Shown: piece after piece, positions 1 to 10,031 of the stretch
Layout of the letters: each line of letters opens with the position of its first letter
Position numbering within the stretch: the stretch's first letter is position 1
Source: Cyanophyceae cyanobacterium
Lineage (GTDB): Bacteria; Cyanobacteriota; Cyanobacteriia; Cyanobacteriales; Laspinemataceae
NCBI GenBank assembly: GCA_038321985.1
Contig: JBBQFN010000017.1
Span: forward strand, 32,001 to 96,000
Reading direction: 5' to 3'
Length of the DNA stretch: 64,000 nucleotides
The notes under the pieces: model-generated
The model's database searches: none
Seen by the model: the letters and a program-made list of their open reading frames with translations, nothing else
What the model was told of the DNA's origin: nothing
Made by a program: the position numbers and the translations under genes

Positions 1-323
1 TTGCTCTCTGTTGCCGTTGGGGCCGCAACTCCTTGGGGGCGATTGCCAGTAGCTAGTGGGGGCAGTTGCTGTTCTAATTCAGCGAGCTTTGTTGCATCCT
101 GTTCTGCCGCGATAGCTTCGAGTAAAACCCGCACTCGGTCCACTTCCCCCTGGGCTAGTTGCATGGCCTTCTCCGCGTTGTGAGCGCGGACTCGGGCGGC
201 CATCGACAACATAATCGGGGGGGTAACGGCGACGATCGCCATACTAAATATGACTATTGCCGCGAGGCACTCAATCAGGGTTAAGCCAGATTCGGTTGAT
301 TTAAACTGCGATCGTCGTTGCAT
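1..323 (-). CDS. Type IV prepilin-like minor pilin/pseudopilin (HpsB-like); runs off the left edge; not in ORF track
   Basis: Manual translation from ATG 323: MQRRSQFKSTESG|LTLIECLAAIVIFSMAIVAVTPPIMLSMAARVRA, a class III signal (G|LTLIE plus hydrophobic helix). GGAGG lies just upstream; directly follows hpsA. Confidence 0.85.
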   Translation of the reverse strand, partial: MQRRSQFKSTESGLTLIECLAAIVIFSMAIVAVTPPIMLSMAARVRAHNAEKAMQLAQGEVDRVRVLLEAIAAEQDATKLAELEQQLPPLATGNRPQGVAAPTATES

Positions 324-335
324 CGGAACCTCCGT

Positions 336-3300
336 CTAATTGCAAGGGAACTTAACGGTCTCGCGTAACAGACAGATGTAATCATCATCCGCTGGGGGCT
401 CACGATAGAACTCATTGCGTTCATCACTGAGTTCTTGCATCTTGCTAGATGCAGCACCGGGAGGCATATATTGGAGTCCCACGTCATAACCCCATCGTCG
501 ATTCGGAGCCAAATAATAGAAGATATTTTCTTTTCCTCCACTGGTTGTCCCGAAACTGGTGGTTTTTCCAGCTACGGGTGTGGCACTTGGTTCCCAGGCA
601 TCATGTTCATAAGGTCCGGTCGCGTAGTTACTGAAGTTAAGCTGGATAAACGAACCGAGGATATGCAGATTCATATTTTGCCAATCTTCAAGCATCCGAG
701 GGAAGTTATGCAACCCGCCATTACTTTGATTTTGGCGACTTGGGACCACCCCGTTAACCAGGACTGCATTCACCCAAGTGTCTGCGGGAGCTTTATTCAG
801 CGGTTTGCCACTCCAAGGGAAGTTATCAAATCGGTAGTAATTTCCGTTATATGGAGCAGCAGCAGAAGGCGTACCGGCATTTATCATAATTTGGCCATTG
901 CGGGAGATGGCAATCGGGGAGGTTGAGCGGGCACCTGGCGCCGGATTTTCTGCTAGATTCTCCCGCCTCCACGTCTGTGCCGTCGTACCACTGTTCGGAC
1001 GATTTTGGTTGAGGTAGGAAGTGAACGGCACCCCACAACCATAATTATTACCAGTTTGAAGAATAGTTGTTGTGGGCGTGGACATCACCTGATGGGAAAA
1101 AATGATGCCGTCTTCAATGCTACCATCACAGAAGTTCTCTGAGAGGATAGTAATCGCATCCCCGATGATTTCTGTGGGTCGCCAGCGGTCGGAAGCCGAC
1201 CGGGAAAATATTGGATTGAGGTTAGTACGACCGTAAAAGTTGCTAAAGACGTCTGGAGTCAGGGGTGGAGTGAATTCCTGAATGCTGTTTTGGTCGCCAT
1301 GCAGGTTGAAATTCCCCTGGATATAAATCGGCTGATCAGAAACAATGGTGAGGCCTCGGTTAGTTCCATCATGACGGATATCTGAACCATTCTTTAACCG
1401 GAAACCATAAGGGCGACGGTCTGGATCTGCGTAGTAATCAACGGGTTTGAGGCTGATGCCTTTGTCTGTTAATTTAGGGTCGGTGGGTGAAGTTCCGACT
1501 GCATTCATGGCAGTGGGCAACCCAGTTAGGGCATTGGGATTGTATGCTGCTTGAGGTCGGGCGATCGCATCTTCTCTGATTGCATCTTCTCGGAAAGAAT
1601 AGACAATCCCACTGTTGGAGAGCCAGCTTTCTCCCCCAATATTGTTATTCCGCAGCATATCCAGATCCAGGTTCAAGGTCCGAACATTCATGTGTTCCCG
1701 GCCATTGTACAAAGCAGAATCTTTAATGGCTACCTGGATATTCGTGGCGGTGCCGTTCGCTGCGATCGAGCGGACTAACTCGATGCGATTATCGTTTGGA
1801 ACAGCAGTGGTATTAATGCCACTGGGATTATTGTTCTTGGGTAAAACCCAATTCGCAACAAGTTTGGGCCGGATCGCCATGTTCGCGATGTCATTTTCAG
1901 TTAGGGCTGTATAATTCCTGGCCTGATTCTGAACAATGTAGGGCTCTGCTGCCGGTTGTTGATAATCTCCATCTCCATCAAGGTCATGGTTATCCTTTGG
2001 AAATAGATAGTAGAGAGAGGGAAACTTGGGTTGAGGAGAACAGAACAGCCGGGATAAACGGATAAAGCGTTCTTCTGCCGCTCGTTTCGCCGCTGCTGTT
2101 GCTTCGTTAGAAGGTGCCCCAAAGCCAAAGAAGTTATTTCCAATATTAGCTGTATTACTAAAGTCACAGCCAATATTAATGGCAGTTCCGTTCTGATACG
2201 TTATACCACCATAAGAAAATCCTGCCCCTGCAAGCACTGTAGGTGTATATTGTGTTCTGTTGGCTGTTGCTAGGGTCGATGTAAACCCATAGGTGCGATC
2301 GCGTTCCACCTGCTCTTTGGTGTGCAGCAGACGAGCGAGTAACTGCTGTTGATTCGTGGCAGTTGGAGCAGGAAGCAGGGAAATATAGAGGTGAGGCGGC
2401 AGAACCGTACTGGCTGGCTCTGTTGCGACTAGAGCACCACTGCGGTTATAAATTTCGATATTAGTGCCAACAACCTTAATCTCTCCATCAGCATTGTCGT
2501 TGTTATAGAGTTTTTGCAACTCCGTGTCCAGAGCTACTAACTGGGGACGGTTGACTGCCGTATTCGCATAATCGTAGCTTTGCAGATAGTTGAGGTTATA
2601 GGCCAACATACCCAGGGTCGCCGCCGCTGTTTGCTGGATTGTATTGTCGGCTAAACTGCCGTTGTTACGAAGTAGAGAGGAGAAGTTTCCCCACATGGTC
2701 AAGAAAGGATAGGGATGTACCTTTCCATCTTGTTTGGGGGGAAAAGCACCGTCACTGTCTCCGGCAAAGTTAGCCAAGTTATTAAGGGCATTCTGATTCG
2801 GAGCAGTAGGTACTTCAAATTCCCATCCATTCGTTCCCCGACCATTGAAGAAGTCCGTAACAATCACATCCGCAGGCAGACTGCTAAATGCAGTCCCAGC
2901 TTTTTTGGCAAAGCTGATGGTTTCAAAGGTGGCACTGTTTTTGAGGGTCTCTACTGTCCCCGGATGTACTGTAGTCGCGACAATTGCAGCCGGGGTCTTG
3001 CCATCTCCCTGGCCCTTGTGATAAACCGCAGTGGCTTGTACCGCAGCTAAATTATCCCGCAACGTGCGCTGTTGTCGAAATTCATTAGCTCCTTTGGAAC
3101 CCGTAGTAAAACCCGTTGCCTCCTGGGGATACAGGGGATCTGCAACACCACCCCAACCAAAGGCATTCCCTAATTCCAGGCGTTCTCCCATAATCACCCG
3201 CAGACCTTGCCCTCTAGCCCGACGTTCCCAATACCCATCTAAACCGTAATCATTGGGCTTGAGCACAGACGGGGGTTCATCCCGAGTGAGTTCAGGGTCA

Positions 3301-4799
3301 GCGAGTGCAGAACCCATATTTTGCGTAGGTTCTACCGAATAGGTTTCCCGACCATTTGGATTGTCTATAATCTCCGGTGGTTCATATCCGGGTTTCGGTC
3401 CATACAGGTTATCCGCACGATAGGTATCATCTACATAAGGCGGAGGAGTAACTTTACCAATATTGACCCTAGTTTTCAGAAGATTATTGTCGCCGCTCCA
3501 AGCTGCATCTTCAGCATCATCTAAATTGATGTTTGCCTTCCGAGGTACTGAGGTGTTGTTAGTGAGGATTTTACTCGGGTCGAGGGCAATTTCTAGGAAA
3601 TTAGCACTCATATTAGTCGAGTCAGTCGTGGCATCAACGGGTTTGGGAGTGGGAGAATCGGCGTAAATATCCAAGTTAAAGTATGGTGGGTTGGATGTCA
3701 CATTCCCGGCGATCCCGCCATAGACCAGATGCCCCCAGGTACTCACTTCCGAGTTGCTTTCCGGTTTATAAAAACAAGAGTTTTTACTACTGAGTAAGTA
3801 AAGCCGGAACTCCTTCTCCGGTTTAATAAATAAATTTCCTTCGCTATGAACGGCTCCATTCCAGTTAAAATTAAAGCCTGGGGTCAGTTCTAAGTCACTC
3901 CGGAACCAAGCTCCCCATTTATTCAATCCCTCAAATGTCCGGTCCTGTTGATATTGAACCGTGGCAATTGAACGATTAGCGCTAGACTCACCATTCGCCA
4001 CGGAGTTAGGAACGCTCAGAGCATAAACTTGAAAGTTTTTTCTAAATTGCGCCGTACCTAGAGGAAACCAGCCAAATGCACCAGCACTTCCGTCATCCGG
4101 CTGCTCAATTCGACAAGCCTCGGCGTTAGACCCATTGCCGAGCTTCTCAAGAAGAGGACCATTGCGAACGAGGAGTCGCTCCGCTTTCTTTTGATCGCTG
4201 GTGATTAAAGTCCCCCCTAATTCTGGGTCCATTGTTTCTAGGGGATTCTCTTCGGTCCCTGTGGAGGTTCTTAGAACAATGGTATAAACAGTTGTTGTAT
4301 CATCTTTTTTATCGTCTTTTCCATCCGTATCGCTCTCATATCTCCATGCGATATTTCGCTTGGCATTTCCTGTATTCCCAGGAAGTGTTATCCGGGTTTC
4401 GTCGGGAAAGGTATAAGCATCGTCAAGCAGATCCTCTTCGAGGATCAGTTCTCCAACATCCGTCACATTTCGGTCTTTAAATAATAGCTCTAACTTAGCT
4501 TTAGCTCGGTCGATCGCAGGCGCTGCACTATTTTCTACTTCCTGCCGTTGAAATTGAGTAATAGCATCAGTTGATCGCTGATAAGACCGGAAGATTAAAG
4601 TGCTGACTACCAACGTCATCACGATGATGAGTAGCATAGTCGTTGGCAACACAAAACCCCCCTGCAATCGACGGCGTGAAGTGACGAAGGCAGTGCGGAG
4701 AAAACGATAAGTATCTCGACTCGTCAGTTTCTGAGCAAATCGAATGATTGCTTGCACGAGGTGCGTTAACGCTTTTTGGATTTTGTGCTTTCTAGCCAT
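336..4799 (-). CDS. hpsA: Hormogonium polysaccharide biosynthesis protein HpsA
   Basis: 1487 aa with a pilin-like GGFVLPTTMLLIIVMTLVV segment, NKWGAWFRSDLE, GGLHNFPRMLEDW and RRWGYDVGLQ motifs; followed by a pseudopilin gene. Confidence 0.8.
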   Translation of the reverse strand: MARKHKIQKALTHLVQAIIRFAQKLTSRDTYRFLRTAFVTSRRRLQGGFVLPTTMLLIIVMTLVVSTLIFRSYQRSTDAITQFQRQEVENSAAPAIDRAKAKLELLFKDRNVTDVGELILEEDLLDDAYTFPDETRITLPGNTGNAKRNIAWRYESDTDGKDDKKDDTTTVYTIVLRTSTGTEENPLETMDPELGGTLITSDQKKAERLLVRNGPLLEKLGNGSNAEACRIEQPDDGSAGAFGWFPLGTAQFRKNFQVYALSVPNSVANGESSANRSIATVQYQQDRTFEGLNKWGAWFRSDLELTPGFNFNWNGAVHSEGNLFIKPEKEFRLYLLSSKNSCFYKPESNSEVSTWGHLVYGGIAGNVTSNPPYFNLDIYADSPTPKPVDATTDSTNMSANFLEIALDPSKILTNNTSVPRKANINLDDAEDAAWSGDNNLLKTRVNIGKVTPPPYVDDTYRADNLYGPKPGYEPPEIIDNPNGRETYSVEPTQNMGSALADPELTRDEPPSVLKPNDYGLDGYWERRARGQGLRVIMGERLELGNAFGWGGVADPLYPQEATGFTTGSKGANEFRQQRTLRDNLAAVQATAVYHKGQGDGKTPAAIVATTVHPGTVETLKNSATFETISFAKKAGTAFSSLPADVIVTDFFNGRGTNGWEFEVPTAPNQNALNNLANFAGDSDGAFPPKQDGKVHPYPFLTMWGNFSSLLRNNGSLADNTIQQTAAATLGMLAYNLNYLQSYDYANTAVNRPQLVALDTELQKLYNNDNADGEIKVVGTNIEIYNRSGALVATEPASTVLPPHLYISLLPAPTATNQQQLLARLLHTKEQVERDRTYGFTSTLATANRTQYTPTVLAGAGFSYGGITYQNGTAINIGCDFSNTANIGNNFFGFGAPSNEATAAAKRAAEERFIRLSRLFCSPQPKFPSLYYLFPKDNHDLDGDGDYQQPAAEPYIVQNQARNYTALTENDIANMAIRPKLVANWVLPKNNNPSGINTTAVPNDNRIELVRSIAANGTATNIQVAIKDSALYNGREHMNVRTLNLDLDMLRNNNIGGESWLSNSGIVYSFREDAIREDAIARPQAAYNPNALTGLPTAMNAVGTSPTDPKLTDKGISLKPVDYYADPDRRPYGFRLKNGSDIRHDGTNRGLTIVSDQPIYIQGNFNLHGDQNSIQEFTPPLTPDVFSNFYGRTNLNPIFSRSASDRWRPTEIIGDAITILSENFCDGSIEDGIIFSHQVMSTPTTTILQTGNNYGCGVPFTSYLNQNRPNSGTTAQTWRRENLAENPAPGARSTSPIAISRNGQIMINAGTPSAAAPYNGNYYRFDNFPWSGKPLNKAPADTWVNAVLVNGVVPSRQNQSNGGLHNFPRMLEDWQNMNLHILGSFIQLNFSNYATGPYEHDAWEPSATPVAGKTTSFGTTSGGKENIFYYLAPNRRWGYDVGLQYMPPGAASSKMQELSDERNEFYREPPADDDYICLLRETVKFPCN

Positions 4800-5028
4800 A
4801 GCTACTCCGTGAGTGCAGGTGCCATTAATAAAAAATAGAGAGTCTTTTTTCTGTGGTAGCTTAAAAATCCCGGAATTGACTATCCGTATATTTCCGGAGA
4901 TAATTGTTAAACTATTGTATTATCTAGTTTTTAGGTTACCCAGTTAGATAGAAAAATCAATCATCCCTGGGTTAGAAAGTTAGTTAATAGGGACTCAGTA
5001 AAAGGGCGTTCAAATTCCCCATAGAAAT

Positions 5029-5055
5029 AAGGGGCGCGGCATTGCCGCGCCCCTT
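5029..5055. terminator. Inverted repeat downstream of rpmB (terminator or REP-like)
   Basis: aaggggcgcggc-att-gccgcgcccctt, a perfect 12-bp stem. Confidence 0.6.
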
Positions 5056-5084
5056 CATAGTCAGGGTTCCCTGGGGTTGGGGTC

Positions 5085-5321
5085 CTAATATTTGGACAGA
5101 TTGATTCCCGCTTCTTTGGCGTATGCTTGCAACCCCTTATGATTAAGGGTTTTGATGGCAGTGGTGGAGAGGCGCAGTCTCACCCAGCGGTTTCCTTGGG
5201 GCCACCAGACCCGTTTCCATTGCAGGTTGGCTTCTTGCAGCTTATGGGTGCGGCGGTGGGAGTGGGAAACGGCCATTGCGTTATTCGCTTTTTTGCCGGT
5301 GAGTTGACATTTGCGGGACAT
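5085..5321 (-). CDS. rpmB: 50S ribosomal protein L28
   Basis: [40 protein letters not shown]. Confidence 0.97.
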   Translation of the reverse strand: MSRKCQLTGKKANNAMAVSHSHRRTHKLQEANLQWKRVWWPQGNRWVRLRLSTTAIKTLNHKGLQAYAKEAGINLSKY

Positions 5322-5616
5322 GGTTTCTCCTTCGATAGTTGGGCTATGTTGAAACGCAGTCTCTTATTGTACCGAGTTTTGGAGAAGGATGAAGGATGGA
5401 ATCGTTCTCAATGGTTTCTTAGTCTTGGGTAGGAGTTGAGAAACCCGGACAAGGGTAGCTTTTTTACGCCGTAAATTTTTCAAGTTTTGGGGTTTTCATA
5501 GCCCTCCCCTTGGTAAGGGGAGGGTTGGGTGGGGTCTAACCATTTTTGTGTTCTCATAGCCTAGCGCTGTCAAGGTGCAACCCCAGGAGTTTTCGTACTT
5601 TCAGAGCGGCGGCCAA

Positions 5617-6213
5617 CATTTGAACCCTAGCCTGTCAAGGTGATAAATTTGATGACAAAAAATCGTTATTTCACGTAGGGGCGCAATGCTTGCGCCCTGT
5701 CTTGCGCTATCGGTAAAGAGTAAAGAGAGTAAAGAGAGAGGGCGCAAGCATTGCGCCCCTACAAATACACCTTGACAGGGCTAGGGTTTAAATCCCAATA
5801 GGGTAAAGGATTAAACCTCTTTTCATCCGGGGTTCAGTGAACCCCACCCTAACCCTCCCCTTACTAAGGGGAGGGAACTGGAGGTGAACTGAATCCGCAG
5901 TCAATCATCCTCAGGAGAGAGAGCGCAAGCATTTGAACCCTAGCCCTGTCAAGGTGATAAATTTGATTATAAAAAATTGTTATTTCATGTAGGGGCGCAA
6001 TGCTTGCGCCCTGTCTTGCGCTATCGGTAAAGAGTAAAGAGAGGGCCTGCGCATTGCGCCCCTACAAATACACCTTGACCCGGCTAGGGTTTAAATCCCA
6101 ATGGGGTCAAGGATTAAACCTCTTTTCATCCGGGGTTCAGTGAACCCCACCCTAACCCTCCCCAAGAATCAGGGGAGGGAACCGGAGGTGAACTGAATCA
6201 GCAGGTCAATCAT
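5617..6213. repeat. Tandem duplication of a ~300-bp composite unit (MITE-like element containing a GTAG-REP doublet, plus a CCCC-type REP)
   Basis: Copies at ~5617-5909 and ~5930-6213. TIRs aaccctagc(c)ctgtcaaggtg/caccttgacagggctagggtt at 5623-5788 and 5936-6091. Inner gtaggggcgcaatgcttgcgccc...gggcgcaagcattgcgcccctac. Confidence 0.85.
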
Positions 6214-6304
6214 CATCCCCAGTTTCTGATTCTGGGGCATTGGGACCAGTCGGTTTTAACCGACTTTAGTTAGGCCGCCAACGTTCAAATCTCCGCCGGT
6301 TGTT

Positions 6305-8281
6305 TTAGGACGGTTGTTCAGTTAGACGGGTGAGTAGACGATTGGAACGGTCCACGAAGGAGGTCATACCTTCGGCGTCAAACCCTTTTTGCGCCATCAG
6401 TGCTAAGTCGTAGACATGGTGACAAATCATGTCGGCGAGTTCTGCCGAAGGGGATTTTCCTTCGCCTTGGAGGATGCCGCTTTGGGAGAGTTGGGTCAGG
6501 TGTTGGATCAAGGGATGCGCGGTATTAACGAGCAGGATATGTTCGTCTGGGAATTTCGCAGATTCCTGAGAGACTAAGGCGTTCATATCCCGGAGGCGGC
6601 GCAGGAACTCCGGTAGCAGGACCATTGCGGGTGGGGTGCCTTGGGGGTCCTCGGATTTTAGGGCCTCGGTGCGGATGGTGAGTTTGGGTTTGTTCAGCGC
6701 TTGCTCAAAGATTTCTTTGATTTGTTCGCTACGGGTTTTGTTGGTACTGGGATCGACGATTTCTGAGGCTTTGTCTTGTTCGATGAGTTTGTCGTCTATC
6801 TCCGCATCAACGCGGGAGAATTTGACTTCGCTATGTTCCCGTTCCAAGAAGCTAATGAAGTGGGGGTCAATGAAGGAGTCCATAAACAGAACTTCTAACC
6901 CCTGACTTTTGTGCAGCTGCACGTAGGTGGCTTGCGCTACGGAGTCAGTGCAGTAAAATGCCTGATTCTCGTGGCGGGGTTTGTTGCGTTCTAAATACTC
7001 GTCTAGGGTGGTGTAAGAGGGTCCCTCGGTTTTACTGTCCGATGAAACTTGTTTCCAGGCGTCTCCTTCTTCGGCTTGCACTTCCACAGCAGGTTGGTCG
7101 GATTCTGCCGGTTTCAAGTCGGCAGTGGTGCGATAGATAATAATATCTTCCAGTTGCTTTTTGAATTTATCGTCGTTGAGACAGCCGAATTTGACGAAGG
7201 TGCCGATATCTTGCCAGCTTCGGATATATTCTTGGCGGTTTTTGTTGTACTGTTCTTTGAGTCGGTCCGCAACTTTTTTGGCGATGAAGTCTGCGATCTT
7301 GCGGACGGTTCGGTCCATCTGCAAGGCGCTACGGGAGACGTTGAGGGGAATGTCGGGACTGTCGAGGACTCCGCGCATGGGGAGGAGGAATTTCGGGATG
7401 ATTTCTTCGCAGTGGTCCGAGACGAAGACTTGATTACAGAACAGTTTGATTTGTCCTTTGGTGACATCGACATCGGGACGGAGTTTAGGGAAGTAGAGGA
7501 TGCCTTTGACGAGGAAAGGATAGTCGGTGTTCAGGTGGACCCACAACAGGGGTTCTTCTTGGAAGGGGTAGAGGTAGCGGTAGAAGTCGAGGTAATCTTC
7601 GTCGGTGAGGCTGCTGGGAGATTCGCGCCACAGGGCTTTTTGCCGGTTGACTTGTTCGCCATCCATTTTGATGGGAACCGGCATAAAGTCGCAGTAGGTT
7701 TTGACGAGTTGCTTGATGCGGGAGGCTTCGGCGTATTCTTTTTCTTCGTCTTGCAGGGTCAGGGTGATGGTGGTGCCGTAAGTGGTCCGGCTGGAGTCTT
7801 CAAGTTTAAATGAGGGGGACCCGTCACAACTCCAATGGACGGCTTCGGCCCCTTCTTTGTAGGATAGGGTGTCGATTTCGACGATTTTGGCGACCATGAA
7901 GGCGGAGTAAAAGCCGAGTCCGAAGTGGCCGATAATTTGGCGATCGCTAGCGGCTTGATATTTGGTAATGAATTCTTCGGCGCTAGAAAAGGCGACTTGA
8001 TTGATATACTGTTTCACTTCCTCGGCTGTCATGCCGATGCCAGTGTCGGTGATGGAGAGGGTGTTTTTCTCGGGATCGACGGCGATGGTAATTTCCGGGT
8101 TGCTGGTGTCCCCGCTAAATTCTCCGGCGTAGGAGACCATTTTGAGTTTTTCTATGGCATCGACGGCGTTGGAGACAAGTTCCCGCAAGAAGATTTCATG
8201 GTCGGAGTATAGAGACTTCTTGATAATGGGAAAGATATTCTCGGTATGGATCGTGATTTGGCCTTGTTCCAGTACGGTCAT
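6305..8281 (-). CDS. htpG: Molecular chaperone HtpG (Hsp90)
   Basis: FLRELVSNAVDA, ITDTGIGMT, IIGHFGLGFYSAF and DIPLNVSRSALQ motifs. Confidence 0.97.
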   Translation of the reverse strand: MTVLEQGQITIHTENIFPIIKKSLYSDHEIFLRELVSNAVDAIEKLKMVSYAGEFSGDTSNPEITIAVDPEKNTLSITDTGIGMTAEEVKQYINQVAFSSAEEFITKYQAASDRQIIGHFGLGFYSAFMVAKIVEIDTLSYKEGAEAVHWSCDGSPSFKLEDSSRTTYGTTITLTLQDEEKEYAEASRIKQLVKTYCDFMPVPIKMDGEQVNRQKALWRESPSSLTDEDYLDFYRYLYPFQEEPLLWVHLNTDYPFLVKGILYFPKLRPDVDVTKGQIKLFCNQVFVSDHCEEIIPKFLLPMRGVLDSPDIPLNVSRSALQMDRTVRKIADFIAKKVADRLKEQYNKNRQEYIRSWQDIGTFVKFGCLNDDKFKKQLEDIIIYRTTADLKPAESDQPAVEVQAEEGDAWKQVSSDSKTEGPSYTTLDEYLERNKPRHENQAFYCTDSVAQATYVQLHKSQGLEVLFMDSFIDPHFISFLEREHSEVKFSRVDAEIDDKLIEQDKASEIVDPSTNKTRSEQIKEIFEQALNKPKLTIRTEALKSEDPQGTPPAMVLLPEFLRRLRDMNALVSQESAKFPDEHILLVNTAHPLIQHLTQLSQSGILQGEGKSPSAELADMICHHVYDLALMAQKGFDAEGMTSFVDRSNRLLTRLTEQPS

Positions 8282-8550
8282 AGTTTTCTCAGTTTAAGGG
8301 TAAATTCTATTTCAGTCTTGATTGTGGGCGATCGCGCGGTCCTTGCCGATCAGGGGAACCCCCCGATCAGGATTCGGATCTCCCTACTTTTGGAGTTGAA
8401 GCTGGGTTCAGGGTTGGGTCACGGTATGGAGTGAACCTCAATCATTTTGAGAATGGATCCCAGCCAGAAAGTCTGCTAGGGTAGTGCGAGCATCTTGCTC
8501 GCTATCTTTATAGCAAACTGATTTAGACACGCTATAGAAGGCGGCTGCTT

Positions 8551-10023
8551 GTGTTATTCAATTCTTATGTGTTCATTTTCGGGTTTCTGCCGGTCACCTT
8601 GTTGGTCTATTTTGGGTTGACTCGGTTGCACTATGTGAAGGCGGCGATAGTTTGGATGGCGATCGCCTCGTTGTTCTTTTACGGTTACTGGAATCCGGCT
8701 TATCTGCTGTTACTGCTGATTTCCATTGGTCTAAACTATACCCTGGGCAGGGCGATCGCCTCTAGTCCACTCAGGGGCGATCAGGCTAAATTCCTACTGA
8801 TTTTCGGTATTTTGATTAATCTAGCCCTAATTGGCTATTACAAATATGCCGAATTTTTCCTGAGTTTCCTCAATAGCGCGTTTAAGTGGAGTTGGCCGAC
8901 TCCCGAGATCCTTCTCCCCCTAGCAATTTCATTCTACACCTTTACCCAAGTCGCCTATCTGGTGGATGCATACCGGGGAGAAACTAAGGACTCCAATTAT
9001 GATTTAATCACCTACAGTCTGTTTGTCTCCTTTTATCCGCAATTAATCGCGGGGCCTATTTTGCGCCATGACGAACTGATTCCCCAGCTGCGATCGGTCA
9101 GAAATTTTATTTTTTCAGATAAAAATTTTGCCCTGGGTTTAACCCTATTTATCTTGGGATTATCCAAAAAAATGCTGATTGCGGATAATTTATCCCCTTG
9201 GGTTGCACCAGTGTTTAATCATGCGGAGTCGGTGACATTTCTGGAAGCCTGGATTGGGGCCTTGAGCTATACGTTTCAATTGTATTTTGATTTTTCGGGC
9301 TATTCCGATATGGCGATCGGCTTAGGGTGGATGGTCAATATCAACCTACCGATTAATTTTAATTCTCCCTATAAAGCGAGTTCAATTATTGACTTTTGGC
9401 GGCGTTGGCATATTACCCTTTCGGCATTTTTGAGAGATTACCTTTATATTCCCCTGGGGGGCAGCCGCAAGGGAGAAATTCGCCGCATTAGTAATTTGAT
9501 GATTACCATGCTTTTAGGGGGTCTGTGGCATGGTGCTGGATGGACTTATGTGATTTGGGGGGGAATGCATGGGTTATTTTTGGGCATTAATCATATCTGG
9601 CGCAAGCTGGGGATTTCCCTGCCGAAATTTGTAGGAGTGACGGTCACTTTTTTGGCAGTCGTTACCAGTTGGGTATTATTTCGGGCCACTACATTTCAAG
9701 ATGCTTTAGAACTTTTACAGGCAATGGTGGGAATGAAGGGAATTATTTTACCGGATACTTTTCAAGGGGTTTTAGGTTGGATTCCAATTGGAGGAATTTT
9801 TCTGGGATGGCAACCTTTAAATTACTTGCCAAGTATCGGAGGGGGCTATAGTCTGTTCATGTTAGCGATCGTCATGCTGGGGGTGATGAAGTTGCCCAAT
9901 ACAATGGAAACGATCGCGCGGATTACCCCTAAGATAGGGTGGGGGTTAGGAATAGCCACTTTAGCAACGGCTTGTCTGCTTTCCTTGAATCGAATTTCAG
10001 AATTTTTGTACTTTCAATTTTGA
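8551..10023 (+). CDS. MBOAT family O-acyltransferase (AlgI/DltB-like)
   Basis: MLFNSYVF start, LPLAISFYTF, QLYFDFSGYSDMAIG, FWRRWHITLS, GLWHGAGW. Confidence 0.93.
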   Translation: MLFNSYVFIFGFLPVTLLVYFGLTRLHYVKAAIVWMAIASLFFYGYWNPAYLLLLLISIGLNYTLGRAIASSPLRGDQAKFLLIFGILINLALIGYYKYAEFFLSFLNSAFKWSWPTPEILLPLAISFYTFTQVAYLVDAYRGETKDSNYDLITYSLFVSFYPQLIAGPILRHDELIPQLRSVRNFIFSDKNFALGLTLFILGLSKKMLIADNLSPWVAPVFNHAESVTFLEAWIGALSYTFQLYFDFSGYSDMAIGLGWMVNINLPINFNSPYKASSIIDFWRRWHITLSAFLRDYLYIPLGGSRKGEIRRISNLMITMLLGGLWHGAGWTYVIWGGMHGLFLGINHIWRKLGISLPKFVGVTVTFLAVVTSWVLFRATTFQDALELLQAMVGMKGIILPDTFQGVLGWIPIGGIFLGWQPLNYLPSIGGGYSLFMLAIVMLGVMKLPNTMETIARITPKIGWGLGIATLATACLLSLNRISEFLYFQF

Positions 10024-10031
10024 ACGATTAT

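Noticed and set aside
5617..6213. Possible CRISPR array or IS element
   Set aside because: Only two long near-identical units, no unique spacers and no transposase ORF.
7049..7813. 254-aa plus-strand ORF
   Set aside because: Antisense shadow of htpG with no recognisable motifs.
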